From an uncultured Acidobacteriota bacterium (lineage in GTDB: Bacteria; Acidobacteriota; Blastocatellia; RBC074), in assembly GCA_963796275.1 (NCBI GenBank), contig CAWCKY010000006.1, positions 1,056,001-1,120,000 on the forward strand: 64,000 nucleotides of DNA. The letters are read 5' to 3'. Positions 1 to 10,479 of the stretch are shown here, in pieces. Under the pieces are notes generated by a model, which saw nothing but the letters and a program-made list of their open reading frames with translations, did not search any database and was not told the origin of the DNA. The translations under genes and the position numbers were made by a program. Numbering within the stretch: position 1 is the first letter of the stretch; the number at the start of each line of letters is the position of its first letter.

Positions 1-241
1 TCTGAAAGATCATCCGGTTCGTGAATTTTTGTTGTACCAGCGTCAGGATTTTTCAGTCGATTTGCAGCTCGTGCCCAAACCAAACTTTGATGAAGTAAGC
101 CGGCGAATGATAGCCGAAACAATCCAGGCCAACCTCCCCGGCCTTCTCGTAAACATCCGCCTAGTCGAACAGGTCCCGCGCACTCAAGCCAACAAATGGC
201 GGTTCGTGGTTAGCGAAGTGAAAGATTTGAAGGGAGTATAA
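1..241 (+). CDS. C-terminal part of a phenylacetate-CoA ligase/CapK-like adenylate-forming protein (runs off window start)
   Basis: Open frame from base 2 ending ...VEQVPRTQANKWRFVVSEV, resembling the IPRTxxGKxRxVxS tail of CapK/PaaK-like proteins. Its stop overlaps the next ATG (TAATG). Confidence 0.6.
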   Translation, partial: LKDHPVREFLLYQRQDFSVDLQLVPKPNFDEVSRRMIAETIQANLPGLLVNIRLVEQVPRTQANKWRFVVSEVKDLKGV

Positions 242-1794
242 TGACAATCGATTTTGTTAGCGACCCCCGTACGGACCCTCGCGTCGCGGTAGCAAGGCTC
301 TCCTCCTCTGATTCCCGAACATCAACCGATGAAATCAGCGACGTTTTGGATCGCCTGTCGGCCGGTCTGCGATGGTCGAACATGTCAGACGGGGCAAACG
401 AAACGAACGGGACAAACGGGGCGAACGGGACAAACGGGGCAAATGTGGCAAAGGGCGCCAAAGCCGCAGATGGGGCGGACGGAATGGGCGAGGCTAATGT
501 GGCAAACGGGGCAAACGGGGCAAACGGGGCAAACGTCCTGAGAGGGCCATTTGCGAATGTGATTCCTCGAGGAGCCCGCGTTTTGATCAAGCCGAATTTT
601 GTTCTGCACGAAAATCAGGGCCCTTGGGGAATGGATCCTGTGGTCACTCATCCGAACCTGATCCGCGCGGTAGTTCAGGGCGTGCTGCGCTCGGAAGCTG
701 CCGAAGTCATTGTCGGAGATGCGCCTCTGCAGGGATGTGATTTCGCCCGCCTCCTCAATATCACGGGGCTCGACGCGTGGGCTAACGCGTTAATGAAGCG
801 CGAATCGAGGTTCAAGGGGATTGCGGACTTCCGCAGGACTACCTGTGTGTTTGTAGATGGAGTAAGGATCGCCAAAGAAAATCTAAAACCTGAAGATAAT
901 TTTGTCCTCTTCGATCTCGGCCGGGAGAGTTTGCTCGAGCCGATATCGAACGGCGGCGGCGCATTCCGGGTCACCTGTTACGATCCGCGCCTCCTGGCGC
1001 GCACTCATCAGGCGGGCCGTCACCAATATCTGGTTGCTCGTGAAGTGATCGACGCGGATGTGATCATCAATCTCCCTAAATTGAAGACTCACAAAAAAGC
1101 CGGGATCACCTGCGCACTCAAAAACCTGATCGGGATCAATGGGAACAAAGAGTATCTGCCGCATCATCGAATCGGCGGATCGAGTTCCGGCGGTGATTGT
1201 TATCCGGGCGGCAGTCTGCTCAAACGCGCGCTCGAATTTACGTCCGATCGGGAAAATTCGACATCGTCGCTTGCCTTGAGCAAAGTCTGGCACGGCGCCG
1301 GTATACAGTTTCAACGCGCGCTGCGGTTGATGGGAGATCAATTGGGGACCGAAGGCTCCTGGTCGGGGAACGATACCATTTGGCGCACATGCTTAGACCT
1401 CAATCGGATCCTACTGTACGGCCGCGCAGATGCGACACTGGCGGACAACCCACAGCGCCGCGTGCTGAACGTGGTCGATGCGATCATAGCCGGCCAGGGT
1501 GATGGACCGCTATCGCCGCAGCCGCTGCCGATGGGGCTCATTATAGCGGGACAGAACGCCGCGGCCGTCGATTGGATCGGGGCGCATCTGTTGGGTTATG
1601 AGCCATCGAAGATTTCCATCGCCCGCGAGGCATTCGGGAATTTTCGATGGCCCCTCGCTTCGTTCCCGTCTTGTGACGTGATGCTACAGGGCGAAGTGGG
1701 GAGAGGATTCGCCGATGATGTTTTTGCTCAAAGGAAAAACGGAATCTCTGTCATCTATCCCGTGGGTTGGCAGTCTGCGGCCGCAGGGCGATAA
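241..1794 (+). CDS. DUF362 domain-containing protein with an in-frame G-X-N repeat insertion
   Basis: Motifs VLIKPNFVLH, VVTHP, INLPKLKTHKKAGITCALKNLIG and DAIIAGQGDGP. Confidence 0.85.
   Translation: MTIDFVSDPRTDPRVAVARLSSSDSRTSTDEISDVLDRLSAGLRWSNMSDGANETNGTNGANGTNGANVAKGAKAADGADGMGEANVANGANGANGANVLRGPFANVIPRGARVLIKPNFVLHENQGPWGMDPVVTHPNLIRAVVQGVLRSEAAEVIVGDAPLQGCDFARLLNITGLDAWANALMKRESRFKGIADFRRTTCVFVDGVRIAKENLKPEDNFVLFDLGRESLLEPISNGGGAFRVTCYDPRLLARTHQAGRHQYLVAREVIDADVIINLPKLKTHKKAGITCALKNLIGINGNKEYLPHHRIGGSSSGGDCYPGGSLLKRALEFTSDRENSTSSLALSKVWHGAGIQFQRALRLMGDQLGTEGSWSGNDTIWRTCLDLNRILLYGRADATLADNPQRRVLNVVDAIIAGQGDGPLSPQPLPMGLIIAGQNAAAVDWIGAHLLGYEPSKISIAREAFGNFRWPLASFPSCDVMLQGEVGRGFADDVFAQRKNGISVIYPVGWQSAAAGR
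391..534 (+). repeat. 16 degenerate 9-bp units (GGGGCAAAC consensus) in frame inside DUF362
   Basis: 144 bp encoding GAN ETN GTN GAN GTN GAN VAK GAK AAD GAD GMG EAN VAN GAN GAN GAN. Confidence 0.9.
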
Positions 1795-1930
1795 AAAGTT
1801 GAACAGGGTGAATCGGATTACAGACTGGATCAACGGGTGCTTGCGAAGCATTAAGTAAAAAGGGGATGGTTCGCCGAGTTAATTGCGGGATTTTTCGCGG
1901 TGAGCCCCATACCGTCCACTGACAGATCAA

Positions 1931-4207
1931 ATGAAACCTAAAATTCTACAACTGATCGGCAACTTACATCCAGGCGGCACCGAGAACCAGGCGGTGCAGC
2001 TCGTCAGATTGTTGGTTGAGAGCAGTCAATACGAAGTTCACCTCGCTTGTATGGATGCGAGCGGCAAATTGAGGGAGGAACTTGTAAGACTGGGTTTTAA
2101 CGAGATACCAGAATTTCGCCTCACAAGTTTCTTCGATTTCAATGCAATCAAACAGCTCTTCCGGTTCATACGTCTCCTGCAGGAGCGCGAGATTGATATA
2201 ATCCAGACGCACGACTTCTACTCTAATCTATTCGGTATGGCCGCTGCTGCATTGGCGCGCGTTCCTGTCCGCATCGCCGCCCGGCGGGAGACCAAGGGAT
2301 GGCGCACCCCAACGCAAAAGTTCATCGAGCGTATATCATATGGCCTGGCGAAGGCGATTGTTGCCAATGCAGAAGCGGTTCGCGATCAACTGGTCGTGGA
2401 AGGTGTGAAAGATGAAAAGATAGTCACCATCTACAACGGTCTCGACCTCGAACGGCTGATTCCGCGACAGACAGGCGATGACGCGCTCTCCCTTTTCAAT
2501 CTACCGAAGAACGGGGACTACCAGTACGTCACGATCGTCGCCAACATGCTTCATAGGGTCAAAGACCACCCGACCTTTTTGCGCGCAGCCAAGCAAGTGC
2601 GCCAGGAAATTCCCACCGCGCGCTTCATCGTCGCCGGCATGGGGCAACTGACGGATGAGATGCGCGCGCTGGCGGGCGATCTCGGGATAGCCGGTGATGT
2701 TTTTTTCCTCGGGCGGTGCGAACAGATCGCTGAATTGCTGTCGATCTCAGATGTCTGCGTATTGAGCTCGAAAGCCGAGGGTTTCTCCAATTCCATCCTG
2801 GAGTATATGGGAGCGGCCCGTCCTGTAGTCGTGACGAACGTTGGCGGCGCACGCGAGGCGGTAATCGAAGGTGAAACCGGATATCTGGTGGATGCCGGTG
2901 ACGATGCGACGATGGCCAATCGGATCATAGAATTGCTCCGCGACTCACGCCGAGCCCGAAATATGGGGGAGCGCGGGCGCCGGGTTGTCGAGGAGAAGTT
3001 TTCAATGGAGGCACAGATCGGCCGCACCGGGAAACTTTATGACCAGTTGTTATCTGCCGGCTCGATCTCGGGCAATTCTGCTCGAGACGGTTCGGCGCCG
3101 ACGCGCGTTTTGATCGTCGCTCCATCGCTCGATATTTTGGGAGGGCAGTCGGTGCAGGCCCGCAGACTGCTCGAGCGTTTCCGTGATGAACCATCATTGG
3201 ATGTTTCGTTCCTTCCCATCAATCCGCGCCTCCCTTGGCCCTTCGGGAAATTACAGGCGGTCAAATATCTGCGCACCATCGTGACCTCTATAGTCTACTG
3301 GGCGATGTTGCTCTGGCGCGTTCGCTCATACGACGTCGTCCACGTTTTTTCAGCATCATATTGGTCGTTCTTACTTGCGCCGGTGCCCGCGATTCTGGTC
3401 TCGCGTTTTTATGGAAAAAAAATACTGCTCAATTATCATAGCGGCGAGGCCGAAGATCACCTGCAGCACTGGCAATTGACCGCCCTGCCGGCCATGAAGC
3501 TCGTCGACAAAATAGTCGTACCGTCGGGTTATCTGGTGGAAGTATTCAAGCGTTTCGGCTTGTGGGCCGAGGCGGTGCCCAACACGATCGATCTCGCTCG
3601 CTTCGCTTTTCGCAAGCGGAGGCCGCTGCGTCCCATCCTCCTCTCGAATCGCAACTTCGAAGCACACTACAACGTGGAATGCGTTCTGCGCGCCTTCGCT
3701 TTGATCCAAAAAGATATGCCGGAGGCGCGGCTGATCGTCGCGGGCGATGGCAGCCGGCGCTTCGATCTGCATGCTCTGGCAGACGAATTGGGGCTCAAGG
3801 ATGTGGAATTTGCCGGGAGGGTTACGCAAGAAAGGATGCCGGAACTCTATCAGCAGGCTCATATCTTTATTAACGCTTCGGATATCGACAATATGCCTCT
3901 TTCGCACATCGAGGCATTCGCTTGCGGGCTTCCGGTCGTGACGACGGATGCCGGCGGCATTCCGTATATCGTAGCCAACGACCGCAATGGGTTGATGGTC
4001 TCTCGGGGAGACCACGAGGCGCTGGCAGCTGGAGTGTTGCGTTTGTTCAGAGATGGTGATTTGGCCGAGCGACTGATCGATACCGCGCAGAGCGATTGCA
4101 CCCAGTATACCTGGGCGGCAGTGCGAGAAGGATGGCTAAAGGCATATAGCGAACTGACGAATTTGAACGGAAAATCGACGGCTGTGAAGACGGAGGGTGC
4201 CAGCTAG
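1931..4207 (+). CDS. Glycosyltransferase with two tandem GT4 (GT-B) modules
   Basis: Two signatures, EGFSNSILEYMGAARPVV and DNMPLSHIEAFACGLPVV, joined by a Ser/Gly linker near aa 375-390. Confidence 0.9.
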   Translation: MKPKILQLIGNLHPGGTENQAVQLVRLLVESSQYEVHLACMDASGKLREELVRLGFNEIPEFRLTSFFDFNAIKQLFRFIRLLQEREIDIIQTHDFYSNLFGMAAAALARVPVRIAARRETKGWRTPTQKFIERISYGLAKAIVANAEAVRDQLVVEGVKDEKIVTIYNGLDLERLIPRQTGDDALSLFNLPKNGDYQYVTIVANMLHRVKDHPTFLRAAKQVRQEIPTARFIVAGMGQLTDEMRALAGDLGIAGDVFFLGRCEQIAELLSISDVCVLSSKAEGFSNSILEYMGAARPVVVTNVGGAREAVIEGETGYLVDAGDDATMANRIIELLRDSRRARNMGERGRRVVEEKFSMEAQIGRTGKLYDQLLSAGSISGNSARDGSAPTRVLIVAPSLDILGGQSVQARRLLERFRDEPSLDVSFLPINPRLPWPFGKLQAVKYLRTIVTSIVYWAMLLWRVRSYDVVHVFSASYWSFLLAPVPAILVSRFYGKKILLNYHSGEAEDHLQHWQLTALPAMKLVDKIVVPSGYLVEVFKRFGLWAEAVPNTIDLARFAFRKRRPLRPILLSNRNFEAHYNVECVLRAFALIQKDMPEARLIVAGDGSRRFDLHALADELGLKDVEFAGRVTQERMPELYQQAHIFINASDIDNMPLSHIEAFACGLPVVTTDAGGIPYIVANDRNGLMVSRGDHEALAAGVLRLFRDGDLAERLIDTAQSDCTQYTWAAVREGWLKAYSELTNLNGKSTAVKTEGAS

Positions 4208-4423
4208 CACCAGGGGAACGAGTGCAGCTGCATGCGAGTCGATCGTTCTCCTATAAATAATTGCTCGGACATCTGAAACCCCAAAAGCGGTATCTAACAT
4301 CTGGCATTCCCATCCGACAGATGCGAAGGCAGATTTCAGTTCAAGGATTCAGGTTTCAGCAACGCGCACTTCACAGTATTGAAAAAAAGAGAACGCCGAC
4401 ATAATCCCTCTTGCTCACTTTTT

Positions 4424-6973
4424 ATGGTGGTAGATTTTGCAAAATTGAAGAAGCTCAGAGGTCGCAGCGCACAAGAGTTGCGGGTCCGCGCGAAACAGGA
4501 GTGGACTAAGCTGAGCGAGCGGCTTTTTTATCCCGGCCGAGTGGAAATGAGCGATGCCGGTCTCTTGCGCGAACTGAGGCCAGCGGCACTTAATGGCTCG
4601 GGCGAGAGCGCCGCGGCGTTCACCGCTGATCGCATCCGCAAATTTAAAGTTACGCCATTTTTTCCCGCTTTCGCTCATCGCGATGAAATTCGCGAGATCA
4701 TGGAGAAACGATTCGCCGCCGAGCGGATCGGGATGATCGCGCGAGCAGAGCGAATTGTACAGGGCAGATTCGATCTTTTAGGACTGACCGATTTGAACTT
4801 CGGGGAACCGATCGACTGGCGCGCAGAGCCGACGTCGAAGAAGCGCAGCCCGCTATCACACTGGAGCAAAATCGATTACCTCAATCCGGATGTGACGGGA
4901 GACAAAAAAGTCACCTGGGAGCTGAACCGGCATCAGTTCTTAGTCACGCTCGGCCAGGCTTATCTGCTCACCGGCGATGACCGGTATGCTGAGAGTTTCG
5001 TCGCACTCGTCTCATCGTGGATTGACGCCAATCCCTTAAAACGCGGGATCAACTGGGTCAGCAGTCTGGAGCTCTCATTCCGCGCAATCTCCTGGCTGTG
5101 GGCGCTCAATCTTTTCGCCTCTTCTGAACGGTTGACTGCGCAGTTCGAATTGCGAATGCTCAAGCAATTGGTCGCGCACGGGCGCCATATTGAGTCTTAT
5201 CTTTCGCGTTTTTTCAGCCCCAACACCCATCTGACGGGCGAGGCTCTCGGATTATTCTACTTGGGCATGGCGCTTCCTGAATTACGTTGTGCGGGCGCGT
5301 GGCGGGATCTGGGGTTGAATATCCTGGTCGAACAGCTGCCGCTTCAGATACGCAGCGACGGAGTTTATTTCGAACAGTCGACCTATTATCACCGATACAC
5401 AGCCGACTTCTATATACACCTGTTGGCGCTCGCGCAGTCCAACGGCGTACCCCTTCCGGATGATGTCCGGCAGAAGCTCACGCAACTGCTCGATTATCTC
5501 ATGTGGATTACCAGGCCGGATGGAACATCCCCGTTGATCGGCGATGATGATGGCGGTCGCCTCATTCTACTCGGGACGCGCGCGTTGAACGATTACCGCG
5601 ATACCTTGGCGACGGGGGCCGCCATTCTCCGCCGCAGCGATTGGAAGTTCGTAGCCGGTGAGGCCGCCGTCGAGACACTCTGGTTGCTGGGACCAGGCGG
5701 GCTGAAGGAATACGATAACCTGGAGCCCGAATCGCCACAGGAGACCGCGTCTGCATTCGATGTGAGCGGCTATTTCGTAATGCGCGACGGTTGGAAGAGT
5801 TGTTCGAATTACGTGCTGGTCAATTGCGGACCGCGCGGGACGCCATTAAGTGCCGGACATTCGCATGCGGATGCGCTGTCGTTCGAATTCGCAGCCAACG
5901 GGAAGCCATGGGTTATCGATCCCGGTACCTTCGTTTACACCGGGGATAAGCGCGCGCGCAATGAGTTCCGTACGACAGTTGCGCATAACACGGTTACCGT
6001 CGATGGCGAGCAGCAATCGGTACCCGCCGGACCTTTTTCCTGGGGAGAGGGCGCTCGCGCCAAGTCAGAGTCCTTCATCGCTGAAGCCGACTGGACCTAC
6101 TTTAAGGGTTCGCACGATGGTTATCGGCGCCTGGAAGACCCGGTCACGCACACGCGCACGATCTTTTTTGTCAAAGCCGGAATAGAGTTCGGGCTGCCGG
6201 CTTATCTCCTGGTTCACGATCGCTTCGACACCTCAGGCGTCCACCGTTACGCAATCCGGTTTCATTTTCCGCCTGGTTGCGACATCGCGACCAGGAAGAA
6301 TCAGTTCAGGATTACGGAGTCGATCGACGAGGAATTGATTGTTCAAACATATGGAAGTTCCGCTTGCCGTGTCGATGTGGAAAAAGGCTGGGTCTCGCGT
6401 TGTTACGGACATCGCGAACAATCCCCGGTCGCGGTTGTCGAGGCTGATGGCGTGGGGCCACAGGAGTTCGTGACCATTATTATCCCGGCAATTAAGAATG
6501 AAGAAATTAAGATCGAACGTGAGTCCGAATCTTCGACCTCTCTGTCTATCTCGGCCGGAGCCGCGCGTGATGTAATCCTGCTTGGGAATGAGTCTGAGTA
6601 TGTCGGATCAAAATATTTGTCGGGATTGTGCTCGCTCGGATGGGGTCGTTTCCAGCAGGATAAGCTCGCGCGCGCCGGCCTCATTAACGGCAATCTGCTG
6701 GAATCCGAGGGCGTCTCCTTCTGCTCTCCGACGAAGGTCGAACATTTTGCGCTTCGCCTCGACGGTGGGGAAGTCTGGGTTTCCGTACCCGAAGTACACA
6801 ACTTCGATCTGGATCTGCCGGAGCATGCGAACATGGGTTTGATATTTAGGTCACACAAGATTGAATGGACGAAAAACCATCACCGACGATTCGCCGCGAA
6901 TACTTGGCCGAAGCGATTCATCGCATCGGTGAGTATCCGTGGTAGATTCCGTCTCTCTAGCTACTTTTATTGA
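4424..6973 (+). CDS. Heparinase II/III family protein
   Basis: WELNRHQF, SPNTHL, EQSTYYHRY, GHSHADALS, IDPGTFVY and AHNTVTVDG. Probable ATG at 4424 (ORF track starts at 4379). Confidence 0.85.
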   Translation: MVVDFAKLKKLRGRSAQELRVRAKQEWTKLSERLFYPGRVEMSDAGLLRELRPAALNGSGESAAAFTADRIRKFKVTPFFPAFAHRDEIREIMEKRFAAERIGMIARAERIVQGRFDLLGLTDLNFGEPIDWRAEPTSKKRSPLSHWSKIDYLNPDVTGDKKVTWELNRHQFLVTLGQAYLLTGDDRYAESFVALVSSWIDANPLKRGINWVSSLELSFRAISWLWALNLFASSERLTAQFELRMLKQLVAHGRHIESYLSRFFSPNTHLTGEALGLFYLGMALPELRCAGAWRDLGLNILVEQLPLQIRSDGVYFEQSTYYHRYTADFYIHLLALAQSNGVPLPDDVRQKLTQLLDYLMWITRPDGTSPLIGDDDGGRLILLGTRALNDYRDTLATGAAILRRSDWKFVAGEAAVETLWLLGPGGLKEYDNLEPESPQETASAFDVSGYFVMRDGWKSCSNYVLVNCGPRGTPLSAGHSHADALSFEFAANGKPWVIDPGTFVYTGDKRARNEFRTTVAHNTVTVDGEQQSVPAGPFSWGEGARAKSESFIAEADWTYFKGSHDGYRRLEDPVTHTRTIFFVKAGIEFGLPAYLLVHDRFDTSGVHRYAIRFHFPPGCDIATRKNQFRITESIDEELIVQTYGSSACRVDVEKGWVSRCYGHREQSPVAVVEADGVGPQEFVTIIIPAIKNEEIKIERESESSTSLSISAGAARDVILLGNESEYVGSKYLSGLCSLGWGRFQQDKLARAGLINGNLLESEGVSFCSPTKVEHFALRLDGGEVWVSVPEVHNFDLDLPEHANMGLIFRSHKIEWTKNHHRRFAANTWPKRFIASVSIRGRFRLSSYFY

Positions 6974-6976
6974 AAT

Positions 6977-8929
6977 ATGTGCGGAATATGCGGCATCGCC
7001 GCTCCAACCAATTCAAATCACCGCATTGATGAAACCTTACTGGTTCGGATGCGCGATGAACTCTGGCATAGAGGACCGGACGATGCCGGCCTGTTCAACG
7101 ATGGTCGGGTGGGATTGGGCCATCGCCGCTTGTCGATCGTAGACATCGGCGGCGGCCATCAGCCGATGACGAATGAAGACGGGAATGTCTGGATCGTATT
7201 TAACGGCGAAATCTACAACCACACCCAACTGCGCCCGCTGCTCGAAGAGCGCGGACACGTATATCGCAGCCAGTCGGATACCGAGACGATCATCCATCTC
7301 TACGAAGAGTTCGGGCCGCTGGGCGTCCAGAAGCTGCGGGGGATGTTCGGCTATGCGATCTGGGACGCCGGCCGCCGCAGGCTGGTGCTCGCACGCGATC
7401 GGCTGGGAATCAAGCCGCTCTATTACACGTTGTCCGAGGACGGGGTCCTTTATTTCGCCTCGGAGATCAAAGCGTTGATCGAATCGCGGGCAGTGATGCC
7501 TGAGATCAATTACGCATCGCTGGCCGACTTCGCGGCGAATCGTTATACCTCCGGTGAGGAGACGCTTTTTCGCGGAGTGAAAAGGCTGCTCCCGGGTCAC
7601 GTCTTGATCTGGCAGGAAGGGCGGGTTGAAATCGAGCGTTACTGGAATCTGAGTTTCGCCAAGTCGGATGAACGGCTGAGCGACCGGGATTATGTCGAAC
7701 AGTTTGACGAACTGTTTCGCGATTGCGTCAGATCGCATTTGATGTCCGACGTGCCTCTCGGAATGTTTCTCTCCGGCGGAATCGACTCCAGTGCGATTGC
7801 GGGGATTATGAGCGGGATGGTGAGGGATCCGATCAAAACATTCTCGGTCGCCTTCGCCGAACGTGAGGCCAACGAGTTTGAGTTTGCCCGGACGGTCGCG
7901 CGCGCATTCAACACCGACCATCACGAGATAATCGTCAGTCCGGAGATGTTCTTCGATGCTTTGCCTGCCCTGATTTACCAGGAAGATGAACCGATCGCGC
8001 ACCCTTCGAGTGTGCCGCTCTACTTCGTCTCGCGGCTCGCGGTCGATCACGTCAAGGTCGTCCTCACCGGAGAGGGAAGCGATGAATTGTTGGCGGGGTA
8101 CGGCAAGTATCGGACTACGATTTATAACCTGAAATTCGGGAAGGCGTATGACCGATTCGTCCCGCAGCGGGCCCGCCATCTGATCAGGCAGGGGATCGAT
8201 CGGTTGGATCGATCTTCGACGCTCCGCCAGAAGCTTATCCGGACTTTCCTCTATCTGCCCCCCGAGATAGAGCACATCTATTTTGATAACTTCGCGGTCT
8301 ACTCGCCCGGGATGCAAGGGCGGCTCTTCTCGGCCGAGACGCGCGCCCGGATGAATGGATGTAGTCCGTATCAAACCGCGCTCGATTATATAGAAGCATC
8401 GGACGCCGAGGCTCTGCTCGATCAGTTACTGACGGCTGACCTCAATTCCTATCTGCACGAACTGCTGATGAAGCAGGATCAGATGAGCATGGCCGCCTCG
8501 CTCGAGAGCCGGGTGCCTTTTCTCGATCACGTGCTCGTGGAGTTTGCCGCGCGATTGCCCGTGGATATGAAGCTGAACGGGATGACGACGAAGTACGTTC
8601 TGCGGCGAGCGATGCGAAACGTCTTGCCGCCGGAGATACTGACGCGGAAAAAGATGGGGTTTCCGGTGCCGATCGGAAAATGGTTCCGCGGCCAATTCCG
8701 GAACGTGATCGATGAATATGTGTTAAGTCCGCGTGCGCGCGAGCGCGGCCTCTTCGATTATGACTTCGTGCGCGAACTGGTAGCGCGGCACGAAACCGGG
8801 GAAAACCATGCCGAACGATTATGGATGCTTGTCAATATGGAGATCTGGCAGCGCCGCTTCATCGATGGCGAGGAAATGAATGCCGGCCGAGTTAAGCCGG
8901 CGCCTGTTGCGACGCGCGTTGCCGTCTGA
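6977..8929 (+). CDS. asnB: Asparagine synthase (glutamine-hydrolysing)-like amidotransferase
   Basis: MCGICG Ntn start, HRGPD, RLSIVD, FNGEIYNH, LSGGIDSS, GEGSDE and RVPFLD. Confidence 0.92.
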   Translation: MCGICGIAAPTNSNHRIDETLLVRMRDELWHRGPDDAGLFNDGRVGLGHRRLSIVDIGGGHQPMTNEDGNVWIVFNGEIYNHTQLRPLLEERGHVYRSQSDTETIIHLYEEFGPLGVQKLRGMFGYAIWDAGRRRLVLARDRLGIKPLYYTLSEDGVLYFASEIKALIESRAVMPEINYASLADFAANRYTSGEETLFRGVKRLLPGHVLIWQEGRVEIERYWNLSFAKSDERLSDRDYVEQFDELFRDCVRSHLMSDVPLGMFLSGGIDSSAIAGIMSGMVRDPIKTFSVAFAEREANEFEFARTVARAFNTDHHEIIVSPEMFFDALPALIYQEDEPIAHPSSVPLYFVSRLAVDHVKVVLTGEGSDELLAGYGKYRTTIYNLKFGKAYDRFVPQRARHLIRQGIDRLDRSSTLRQKLIRTFLYLPPEIEHIYFDNFAVYSPGMQGRLFSAETRARMNGCSPYQTALDYIEASDAEALLDQLLTADLNSYLHELLMKQDQMSMAASLESRVPFLDHVLVEFAARLPVDMKLNGMTTKYVLRRAMRNVLPPEILTRKKMGFPVPIGKWFRGQFRNVIDEYVLSPRARERGLFDYDFVRELVARHETGENHAERLWMLVNMEIWQRRFIDGEEMNAGRVKPAPVATRVAV

Positions 8930-9095
8930 GGGATTGTTCCGGTTTCCGATCAATGTCCTGCAGTAATGATTTTTGGCAAGCCGGTATCGATTGTTGGACA
9001 ACCCGAGGAAACTTCATCGTCCGGTTCCCGGATTGAAGGCTTATTCGAACCGCAGGTTCGGATAGAACGGCGGGACATTTTCAGAGGGGTTATCG

Positions 9096-10352
9096 TTGAG
9101 AATTCTCTGGCTCAAAACAGAATTACTTCACCCTGTCGATAAAGGCGGAAAGATCCGCACCTACTATATGCTGAAGGAGCTGAAGCGCGAACATCACATC
9201 ACGTATCTCACGCTCGACGATGGCTCCGCTGCGCCCGATGCCCGCGAACAGGCGTCCGAATATTGTCATGACCTGGTGACCGTACCGCATCGCACGAGCC
9301 CGAAATTTTCCGCCGGATTTTATGCGGAGCTGGCGCGCAATCTCGCCTCTCCGCTTCCATACTTCATGCAGAAATACCGCTCGGCTGGTATGCAGAAGGC
9401 GATCGCCGATCGCCTCAAACATGGCCGCCCGGATGTGCTCGTTTGCGATTTTCTCGTGCCCAGTATCAACGTCCCGGCCGCGCTGCCATTGCCGTCCGTG
9501 CTTTTCCAGCACAATGTCGAAGCGATGATCTGGCGGCGGCATTACGAAGTGCAGACGAACCCGCTCCGCAAGGCGTATCTGCGCAACCAGTGGCGGAAAG
9601 CGCGGGATTACGAGCGGGAAGAATGCCGGCGGTACGATCGGATTGTGGCCGTCTCCGCGGATGACAGAGTGACCATGGAGCGCGAGTACGGACTTGCGAA
9701 TGTGGAGGAGATTCCAACCGGCGTCGATACGGATTATTTCCGCCCCGGCGGGAAGATCAGACCAGAGCCGAACCACCTGGTCTTCACTGGTTCGATGGAT
9801 TGGTTGCCCAACGAAGATAGTATCCGTTATTTCACCGCGCAGATTTTGCCGTTGATCAGGCAGAGCATTCCCGATATCAAACTGACGGTCGTCGGACGTA
9901 ATCCTTTTCCCGGCCTGATTGAGCTGGGAAAGCGCGACCCCGCGATTATGGTCACGGGTCGCGTCGACGATGTCCGGCCCTATATAGAGCGGGCCGCCGC
10001 TTATGTGATTCCGCTGCGCATCGGGGGCGGAACGCGCTTGAAAGTATACGAGGCGATGGCGATGGAGAAGCCGCTCATATCGACGTCCATCGGCGCGGAG
10101 GGGCTGCCCTTGTCCGACGGCGAGGATCTCTTGCTGGCCGATACGCCGGATGATTTCGCGGCGGCGGTCGTGCGCGTTCTAAGGGATCGAGCTTTGGCGC
10201 AAAAACTCGGGGCGCACGCCGCAACGACGGTCAGGGAGCGGTTCGGATGGGATCGGGTCGCCGAGCGCTTTGCCAATATTTGCCGGCGCGCGGCGGGGCT
10301 CGATCAGGTCGATGTACTTCAGTTTGAAAAAATGATGTCTGGACAAATATAG
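9096..10352 (+). CDS. Glycosyltransferase family 4
   Basis: GGKIRTY, HNVE, TGSMDWLPN and PLRIGGGTRLKVYEAMAMEKP; TTG start. Confidence 0.9.
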   Translation: MRILWLKTELLHPVDKGGKIRTYYMLKELKREHHITYLTLDDGSAAPDAREQASEYCHDLVTVPHRTSPKFSAGFYAELARNLASPLPYFMQKYRSAGMQKAIADRLKHGRPDVLVCDFLVPSINVPAALPLPSVLFQHNVEAMIWRRHYEVQTNPLRKAYLRNQWRKARDYEREECRRYDRIVAVSADDRVTMEREYGLANVEEIPTGVDTDYFRPGGKIRPEPNHLVFTGSMDWLPNEDSIRYFTAQILPLIRQSIPDIKLTVVGRNPFPGLIELGKRDPAIMVTGRVDDVRPYIERAAAYVIPLRIGGGTRLKVYEAMAMEKPLISTSIGAEGLPLSDGEDLLLADTPDDFAAAVVRVLRDRALAQKLGAHAATTVRERFGWDRVAERFANICRRAAGLDQVDVLQFEKMMSGQI

Positions 10353-10479
10353 AGGGGATAACTTTCATACTGATGCGGATAGACGCAAAAAAACGAGATG
10401 GCCAAAATGGCCGAAAATTATGGTCCCTCCGGCTTTTTTGTTGGTATTTTTGCTTCCATCCCGCAGCTAAGGCTTAAAA

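Noticed and set aside
7037-8374. Long antisense ORFs (also 28947-29972, 41071-41943, 62052-63441)
   Set aside because: Shadow frames opposite well-supported genes in GC-rich sequence
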